This document shows, piece after piece, positions 27,413 to 33,602 of a stretch of DNA of 33,602 nt. Made by a program: the position numbers and the translations under genes. Under the pieces are notes generated by a model, which made no database searches, was not told the origin of the DNA, and saw nothing but the letters and a program-made list of their open reading frames with translations. The stretch comes from Candidatus Eiseniibacteriota bacterium (GTDB lineage Bacteria > Eisenbacteria > RBG-16-71-46), in contig JANLWX010000216.1 in assembly GCA_031364845.1 (NCBI GenBank), positions 1 through 33,602 on the forward strand, written 5' to 3'. The stretch's first letter is position 1, and each line of letters starts with the position of its first letter.

Positions 27413-28864
27413 TCAAGACGGGCGTATTTGTTCGAGCGCCTCTAGCATCAATTCCTGCACGACCTGCGGCACCGCCTGGCCTGCGCTCTTCTTCATCACC
27501 TGCCCCACGAGAAAACCGAGCGTTGCCATCTTCCCGCCGTGAAACTGGCGCACGACGTCCGGATGTGCGGAGAGCACCTCATCGATCAGCGGCCGCAGCG
27601 TGTCGGCCGATCCCTGCACCGCGACACCGTGGCGTTCGAGCAGCGTCGCAATGTCGCCGTCTTCGTCCGGCATCCACGCGAACACCTGCTTCGCCATCGG
27701 GCCGGGCAGCGCGCGCGTGGCGACCTTCCCGAGGAACTCGGTCATTCGCGATACCGGAACGCGCTGCGTCCAATCGGTGAGCATCCAGTTGCGTTCGTTC
27801 AGCGCGCGCAGGACTTCGGTCATGATCCAGTTGCTCGCGAGTTTGGGCTCGGTTCCCGCGCACGCCTCGAAGTAGTCGGCGAGTTCGCGCTGCTCCATCA
27901 GCACCGCGGCATCGTACGCGGGCAGCGCGTACTGGGCGATCAGGCGCCGCTCGCGATCCCACGGCAGCTCCGGCAGCCGCGCGCGTGCGTCTGCGATCCA
28001 CTCCTCGCTCACGACCAGCACCGGAAGGTCGGGCTCGGGAAAATAGCGGTAGTCGTGCGCATGCTCCTTCGTGCGCATCACCGCGAGCCGGTCGTGATCG
28101 GCATCGTAGAGCAACGTCGACTGGACGATGCGTTCGCCGGCTTCGAGCAGGGCGCGCTGGCGTTCGATCTCCCGGGCGATGCCCTTCTCCACACCTTTGA
28201 TCGAATTCAGATTCTTCAGTTCGGTCTTCACGCCGAGCGTGCTCGCCCCCGCCGGGCGCAGGCTCACGTTCGCATCACAGCGCAGGTGGCCTTTCTCCAT
28301 GTCGGCGTCCGAGATTCCGATCCAGCGCACCAGCCGGCGCAGCTCGGTGAGGAACGCGCCGCATTCGTTCGGCGCGTGGAACACGGGCTCGGTCACGAGC
28401 TCCAGCAGCGGCACCCCGGCCCGGTTGAAGTCGACGCGCGACACGCGGCGATCGCCGTGGCGCTCGGGATGGAACGACTTGCCGGTATCCTCCTCGGCGT
28501 GAATGCGCGTGAGCGCGAAGGTGCGCGGCACGCCGTCGACGACGACGGGAACTGCGCCGTGTTCGCACAGCGGCTGGTCATACTGACTGATCTGGTAGTT
28601 CTTCGGCATGTCGGGATAGAAGTAGTTCTTGCGCGCGAACACACTGGTGCGCCGCAGTTCGCAGCCGAGCGCCATTCCGAGGCGCAGCGCCGCGTCGATC
28701 GCCGCGCGGTTCGTGCTCGGCAGCGCCCCCGGCAGGCCGAGACACACCGGGCACACGTTCGCGTTGGGTTCCGCGCCGAACTCCACCGGGCAACCGCAGA
28801 ACATCTTGGTGGCGGTGTTGAGTTGCATGTGGCACTCGAGGCCGATCACCGCTTGGTAGGCCAC
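27413..28864 (-). CDS. gatB: Asp/Glu-tRNA amidotransferase subunit B
   Basis: VIGLECH, TKMFCGC, CLGLPGALP, RKNYFYPD, HAEEDTGK, DFNRAGVPLLE, LRCDANVS, DYRYFPEPDL; GTG 28864 after GGAGG. Confidence 0.96.
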   Translation of the reverse strand: MAYQAVIGLECHMQLNTATKMFCGCPVEFGAEPNANVCPVCLGLPGALPSTNRAAIDAALRLGMALGCELRRTSVFARKNYFYPDMPKNYQISQYDQPLCEHGAVPVVVDGVPRTFALTRIHAEEDTGKSFHPERHGDRRVSRVDFNRAGVPLLELVTEPVFHAPNECGAFLTELRRLVRWIGISDADMEKGHLRCDANVSLRPAGASTLGVKTELKNLNSIKGVEKGIAREIERQRALLEAGERIVQSTLLYDADHDRLAVMRTKEHAHDYRYFPEPDLPVLVVSEEWIADARARLPELPWDRERRLIAQYALPAYDAAVLMEQRELADYFEACAGTEPKLASNWIMTEVLRALNERNWMLTDWTQRVPVSRMTEFLGKVATRALPGPMAKQVFAWMPDEDGDIATLLERHGVAVQGSADTLRPLIDEVLSAHPDVVRQFHGGKMATLGFLVGQVMKKSAGQAVPQVVQELMLEALEQIRPS

Positions 28865-30321
28865 GCCACCTCCGTCTCGTGCACGCGCCCGAGGCGCGCG
28901 ATGTCGCCGCGCACTTCGATCGCGCGCGCCGCGCGCAGCAGCGCGGGCTCGGCATCGGCGGGTCCCAGCAGCTGGACCGCGCGCGGCAGTCCGTTGGCCG
29001 CGGTCCCGACCGGGACGCTCAGTGCGGGGATTCCCGCCAGGTTGGCGCCGATCGTGAAGATGTCGCTCAGATACATCGCGAGCGGGTCGGAGGTCTTCTC
29101 GCCGATCGTGAACGGCAGCGTCGGCGTGGTCGGCATCAGGATCACATCGCACTGCTCGAATGCGGTGTCGTACTCGCGGCGAATGCGGGTGCGCGCGCGC
29201 TGGGCGGTGAGGTAGTACGCGTCGTAGTAGCCGGACGAGAGAGCGTACGTGCCGAGCAGAATGCGACGCTGCACTTCCGCTCCGAAGCCGTCACGGCGCG
29301 AGCGCGTGTAGAGCGCGAGCACGTCGTCGCTGCCCGGATGACGTACGCCATAGCGCACGCCGTCGAAGCGCGCGAGGTTCGAGCTCGCCTCGGCGGTGGC
29401 GACCAGGTAGTACGCGGCGACCGAGTACTCGCCCGGCAGGAATTCGATCGGCACGCGTTCGGCGCCCGCGCGCTCCAGCGCCGCCGCCGCAACCTCCAGG
29501 CCTTCGACGATCTCGTGATCGACGCCTTCCGCCCACAGTCGCGCGGGCCAACCGAAGCGCAGGCCGCGCACTCCGGAGTCGAAGTCGTGCACCGCGGGTG
29601 CAGAACTCGGGCGCGTGGTCGCGTCGAACGGATCGTGGCCCGCGAGTGTTTCGTACATCAGCGCCACATCCCCCGCGTGTCGCGCAAAGATGCCGACCTG
29701 ATCGAGCGAGGAACCGAAAGCCACCAGTCCGTAGCGCGAGAACCGGCCATAGGTCGGCTTCAATCCGTATACGCCACAGAACGCGGCGGGCTGGCGCACC
29801 GAGCCGCCGGTGTCGGATCCGAGTGCGACCGGGCACAGGCCATAGGCGACAGCGGCGGCGGGACCGCCGCTCGAACCGCCGGGCACGCGCGTGAGATCGT
29901 GAGGATTGAAGGTCGGACCGTAGCAGCTGTGTTCGGTCGACGATCCCATCGCGAACTCGTCCATGTTGCCTTTGCCCACGATTACCGCACCCGCTTCACG
30001 CAGCCGGCGGATCACGGTCGCGTCATAGGGCGAGCGGTAGCCCGCGAGAATCTTCGAAGCGCACGTGGTCGGATAGTCGGTGGTACACAGGTTGTCCTTG
30101 ACCAGCACGGGCACTCCGCGCAGCCGGCCGGCAGGAGCCTTGAACGCACCGCGCCGGCGCGCGGCAGGGTCGGCATGAACGACCGCGTGCACGCCGGCTT
30201 CCCACGCCGCCGCGGGACCGGTCCAGCCGGATTCGACCGCGTCGTCGATCGCCACTCCGCCCGCGACCCGCTGCGCGAGCGCGGTGGCGGACAGCCGCCA
30301 CAGTTCCTGCGTCGTACTCAC
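28846..30321 (-). CDS. gatA: Asp/Glu-tRNA amidotransferase subunit A
   Basis: VKDN, NMDEFAMGSS, PGGSSGG, GSDTGGSVRQPA, SSNLARFDGVRYG, RRILLGT. Confidence 0.96.
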   Translation of the reverse strand: MSTTQELWRLSATALAQRVAGGVAIDDAVESGWTGPAAAWEAGVHAVVHADPAARRRGAFKAPAGRLRGVPVLVKDNLCTTDYPTTCASKILAGYRSPYDATVIRRLREAGAVIVGKGNMDEFAMGSSTEHSCYGPTFNPHDLTRVPGGSSGGPAAAVAYGLCPVALGSDTGGSVRQPAAFCGVYGLKPTYGRFSRYGLVAFGSSLDQVGIFARHAGDVALMYETLAGHDPFDATTRPSSAPAVHDFDSGVRGLRFGWPARLWAEGVDHEIVEGLEVAAAALERAGAERVPIEFLPGEYSVAAYYLVATAEASSNLARFDGVRYGVRHPGSDDVLALYTRSRRDGFGAEVQRRILLGTYALSSGYYDAYYLTAQRARTRIRREYDTAFEQCDVILMPTTPTLPFTIGEKTSDPLAMYLSDIFTIGANLAGIPALSVPVGTAANGLPRAVQLLGPADAEPALLRAARAIEVRGDIARLGRVHETEVAWPTKR

Positions 30322-30611
30322 GGGTTCACGTTCTCGACGACCGGCGGGATCAGGAAGAATGGTCCGTCTCGTTCTGGTGCGGCCGCGAGTGCGGCCTCGG
30401 TCCCAAGCGTGCGACCGTCGCGGACATCCTCACGCAACGGCGCACCGTCCGGTGCGACGCTCATCGGTTCGCAGCCGGTGAGATCGAGTTGTCCGAGCGT
30501 TTCCACGAACGCCAGCACCGCGGACAGTTCCTGCGCGACCCGTTCGAGGCGTTCCTCGGGAACCTCGAGGCGCGCGAGTGCCGCGATGTTCCGCACGTCG
30601 TCGAGCTTCAT
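30318..30611 (-). CDS. gatC: Asp/Glu-tRNA amidotransferase subunit C
   Basis: VRNIAALARL, LREDV, AP...FFLIP-V; directly upstream of gatA. Confidence 0.92.
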   Translation of the reverse strand: MKLDDVRNIAALARLEVPEERLERVAQELSAVLAFVETLGQLDLTGCEPMSVAPDGAPLREDVRDGRTLGTEAALAAAPERDGPFFLIPPVVENVNP

Positions 30612-32851
30612 TCGGTGCCCTCACCGGTGAGAAAGCGCGCGAGCACCTTCTTGATCATGGTGCCGAAGCGCACGGTGTACTTGACGTCGTCACCGGCCTC
30701 CTCGGCCTCGACGACGACGCCGTGGCCGAACTGCTGATGGTGCACGCGCTGTCCCACCCGGCGGTTCGCGCGGGCCGCGGCCGACAGTCGCAGCGGAGTT
30801 CCAGGCGTGACGACGTCGTCGTCCCACGGCGAGTCCTCGGAGGCGCTCGATGGCGCGCGTTCGCGCGGCGCGCGATTCGAATCGCCGGTGTCGCGCGGGC
30901 GGCTGCTGTTCCAGGACGAGGTGCGCGAATCCGTGAAGCGACGCCGGTCCTCGCGCACCAGCAGCGACTTCGGAATCTCGTCGACGAAACGCGACACCTG
31001 TCCCCCGCGCGCGCCGTCGAAACGCCGCCGGTACGCGGCCGCACACAGGAGCACTTCGTCCCGTGCCCGCGTGAGCGCGACGTAGAACAACCGGCGTTCC
31101 TCTTCGAGCTGATCGGAGCGTTCGAGCGATGATGCATGCGGAAACAGTCCTTCTTCGAGGCCGATGATCGCGACCGACCGGAATTCGAGGCCCTTGGCGT
31201 TGTGACCGGTGAGCATCAGCACGCGGTCACCTTTCTGGCCGGCACGATCGGCGTCGGTGACGAGTGCGGCTTCGCCGAGGAACTCGGTCACGGTGTTCGA
31301 ACCTTCGCCGGTGAAGGTCGCGGCGGCGACCAGCAGTTCCTCGACGTTCGCGAGCCGGTCCGCGGCGTCCTCTTCGGTGGCGAGGTACTCCAGATAGGCC
31401 GTGCTCTCGAGCACGCGCGCGAACACGCGATCGACCGGTACCTCGAGCATGGTGCCGATCTCATCGAGCAGCGCGAGGAAGGCCGAAGCACCGCGCCGCG
31501 CCGCGGGCGCGATCGACTGCTCCGCGACCAGTTCGCGCAGTGCGGCCGGGGCGCGCAAGCCGCTCGCCGCCATGCGCTGCTCAACGGTGGCGCGCACAAC
31601 GGCTCCCAGGCCGCGGCGCGGCGTGTTCCAGATGCGCCAGAACGCCGCCGAGTCGGCCGGGTTCGCCGCCACTCGCAGATACGCAATCAGGTCCTTTACT
31701 TCGCGGCGCTGATAGAACGACACACCGCCCACGATCTCGTACGGAACCAGCGCGTGGCGCAGCTCGGTTTCCATGGCGCGCGACTGGGCGTTGGTGCGGT
31801 AGAGCACCGCGCAATCCGCGAGCGTCCCCCCTTCGCGCACGCGTGCCGTGATGAACTCGCGCACGCGGCGCGCCTCGTCGACCTCGTCGGCCGCGAGCAC
31901 GAAGCGCAACGGCGAACCCGCCTCGCGGTCGCTCCACAGATTCTTGCCCTTGCGCGCGCGGTTGTTCCCGATCACGGCGTTGGCCGCGTCCAGGATGTTG
32001 TTGGTCGAACGGTAGTTCTGCTCGAGCCGTACGGTCGACGCACCCTCGAAGGTGGTCTCGAAGTCGAGCACGTTCGAGAGGTCCGCCCCGCGCCAGCCAT
32101 AGATCGACTGGTCGTCGTCGCCCACCACAAACACGGTTCCGGTGTCGCCGGCGAGCGCCTGGATCAGGCGGAACTGCGCGTGATTCGTATCCTGGTACTC
32201 ATCGACCAGCACGTTCTGAAAACGGTCACGGTAACGCGAGCCGACTTCGGGGTGATTGCGAAACAGCCGGACGGTCTCGGCGATCAGGTCGTCGAAGTCC
32301 ATCGCACCGCTGCGGCGCAACTCGTCGGTGTAGCGCACGAAGATCTCGGCGATGCGGCTATCTTGACGTGAGTACGCGGTGCGCGCGAAATCCTCGGGCG
32401 TGACGAGCGCGTTCTTCGCCTCGCTGATGGAGGCGAGCACGGCGCCGATCTTGAACGAGCCCTCGGGCCACGCCAACTCGCGCGCGAGATCGCGGATCAG
32501 ACCTTCCTGATCCTCGCGATCGTAGATCGCGAACGACGACGGCAGCCCGAGGGTGCGGGCTTCGCGGCGCAGGATGCGGACCGCGGTCGCGTGGAACGTG
32601 CCCACCCACAGGCGGCTCTCCACCGCGCCGACGATGCCGGCGATGCGCTCGCGCATCTCGCGCGCCGCTCGATTCGTGAACGTGAACGCGAGAATCGACT
32701 CAGGCGGCGCACCGTTTGCGAGCAGCCACGCCACCCGTGCCGTGAGCACGCGGGTCTTGCCGCTGCCGGCACCCGCGATCACGAGAATCGCTCTGCCGGG
32801 GTGCTCCACGGCGGTGCGCTGATCGGGATTGAGCGTGTCGAGCAGCGCCAT
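30608..32851 (-). CDS. pcrA: UvrD/PcrA SF1 DNA helicase
   Basis: LNPDQ, AGAGSGKT, TFTNRAAREM, VDEYQDTN, VGDDDQSIYGWRGA, LEQNYRS, HNAKGLEF, EEERRLFYVALTRA, C-terminal Tudor-like domain; ATG 32890 is an alternative start. Confidence 0.96.
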   Translation of the reverse strand: MALLDTLNPDQRTAVEHPGRAILVIAGAGSGKTRVLTARVAWLLANGAPPESILAFTFTNRAAREMRERIAGIVGAVESRLWVGTFHATAVRILRREARTLGLPSSFAIYDREDQEGLIRDLARELAWPEGSFKIGAVLASISEAKNALVTPEDFARTAYSRQDSRIAEIFVRYTDELRRSGAMDFDDLIAETVRLFRNHPEVGSRYRDRFQNVLVDEYQDTNHAQFRLIQALAGDTGTVFVVGDDDQSIYGWRGADLSNVLDFETTFEGASTVRLEQNYRSTNNILDAANAVIGNNRARKGKNLWSDREAGSPLRFVLAADEVDEARRVREFITARVREGGTLADCAVLYRTNAQSRAMETELRHALVPYEIVGGVSFYQRREVKDLIAYLRVAANPADSAAFWRIWNTPRRGLGAVVRATVEQRMAASGLRAPAALRELVAEQSIAPAARRGASAFLALLDEIGTMLEVPVDRVFARVLESTAYLEYLATEEDAADRLANVEELLVAAATFTGEGSNTVTEFLGEAALVTDADRAGQKGDRVLMLTGHNAKGLEFRSVAIIGLEEGLFPHASSLERSDQLEEERRLFYVALTRARDEVLLCAAAYRRRFDGARGGQVSRFVDEIPKSLLVREDRRRFTDSRTSSWNSSRPRDTGDSNRAPRERAPSSASEDSPWDDDVVTPGTPLRLSAAARANRRVGQRVHHQQFGHGVVVEAEEAGDDVKYTVRFGTMIKKVLARFLTGEGTE

Positions 32852-32899
32852 GATGGCCTCGGGTTCGGCGCTTGGAGATGAAATGGGCATGGAGTTCGC

Positions 32900-32928
32900 A
32901 ATCTAGCGGAAGGTGGAGGATTGGTCTA
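32900..32928 (-). promoter_or_regulatory. sigma70-like promoter TAGACC-N17-TAGATT upstream of pcrA
   Basis: -35 at 32928-32923, -10 at 32905-32900. Confidence 0.5.
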
Positions 32929-33434
32929 TGGGTGTGGGGGGACGAATCGTGGGAAGGCACTGAAAGACCCTGATAGAGAGAATGTGTGTGACGGTTACAT
33001 TTGCAATGATCGCGCGACGGCTGAAAGGCTGCTCATAGAGAACGTCTTGTCGGTCGCGGGCGGCGGATCGATCGCGAGGCGCGACAACGATCGTCAGTGG
33101 GCGGCTCATCCGTCGGCGGCGCGGGCCGGTCGTGTCCGATCCAACGAATGAGGGCGCTCATGAATTGAGAATCATGACGTACCGATCAAATTGTGCTTGA
33201 CGCCTTGCGTGGAATCGATCGGAGAGAACTCCGGGATCGGTCCGCAGGCGTTGACGTGCGGCGCATGCTTCGAGCTGTTCGCGTCTGCACAGGCATGTCG
33301 CCTTGCATTTGCGTCTCGCCTCGATTCGATCTCACTCGCTGAAACCCCGAGCGCCGGAAATCCTCATGATATGAATACGTACGTCATTCATCGCCCCCGC
33401 GATCGACTGCGTTGTCTGCATGCGCGGAGGAGTC

Positions 33435-33602
33435 ATGAATCCGTACACCGCTTCCCATCTTGCCGATCACGACCTCAAGTACGGTCTCACCGCATACGTC
33501 GGCAAGGACTCGCGAACCACCGCCCATCTCCTGGGCCACATTGCCGAGTTCGATGTGCGCCGGCTGTTCGCGCGGGAGGCACATCCCTCGATGCACTCGT
33601 AC
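33435..33602 (+). CDS. N-terminus of a DUF222/HNH-endonuclease-associated-like protein (truncated by window edge; not in ORF track)
   Basis: GGAGGAG RBS; MNPYTASHLADHDLKYGLTAYVGKDSRTTAHLLGHIAEFDVRRLFAREAHPSMHSY resembles the 'TTAxLLxHIAExDxRRL...xSMxxY' N-terminus I recall for this family. Confidence 0.65.
   Translation, partial: MNPYTASHLADHDLKYGLTAYVGKDSRTTAHLLGHIAEFDVRRLFAREAHPSMHSY

Noticed and set aside
32903..33151. Short ORFs 32903-33109 (-) and 32921-33151 (+)
   Set aside because: No motifs, atypical composition, and they overlap the predicted pcrA promoter region
33291..33307. AGGCATGTCGCCTTGCA resembling a sigma54 promoter
   Set aside because: GG-to-GC spacing is 11 nt rather than the strictly required 10

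Overview
High-GC bacterial chromosome segment. Ca. Eisenbacteria-like is only a guess, based on gene style. Almost all genes lie on the minus strand in one housekeeping run, read right to left: pcrA, gatCAB, purD, purE, tsaC/sua5, LMW phosphatase, ilvE, rpiB, glyA, an orphan gene behind a sigma54-type promoter, a MoxR/DUF58/Bat (VWA-TPR) cluster, PAP2, PTS EIIA, a short zinc-ribbon protein, a lipoprotein, a CCA-type nucleotidyltransferase/HD protein, a polyprenyl synthase, rsfS, argS, a PfkB kinase, an uncharacterised two-domain protein, a membrane HD-GYP phosphodiesterase, purM and a sensor-less sigma54 activator. The most interesting spot is 3485-3760. It holds a 16-aa ORF missing from the ORF track (MELIVVLVQFFGKAGW, perfect AGGAGG RBS), enclosed by a long-range RNA stem with several anti-SD elements, between a LeuA-regulatory-like protein and the membrane HD-GYP gene. 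This is a candidate peptide/c-di-GMP signalling module; a type I toxin-like locus is the alternative. Other oddities are a 127-bp palindromic element supplying the glyA stop codon, non-canonical catalytic motifs in ArgRS and the CCA enzyme, two apparently leaderless promoters, and the start of a DUF222/HNH-like gene at the right edge. All calls come from reading motifs by eye; no database searches were run.
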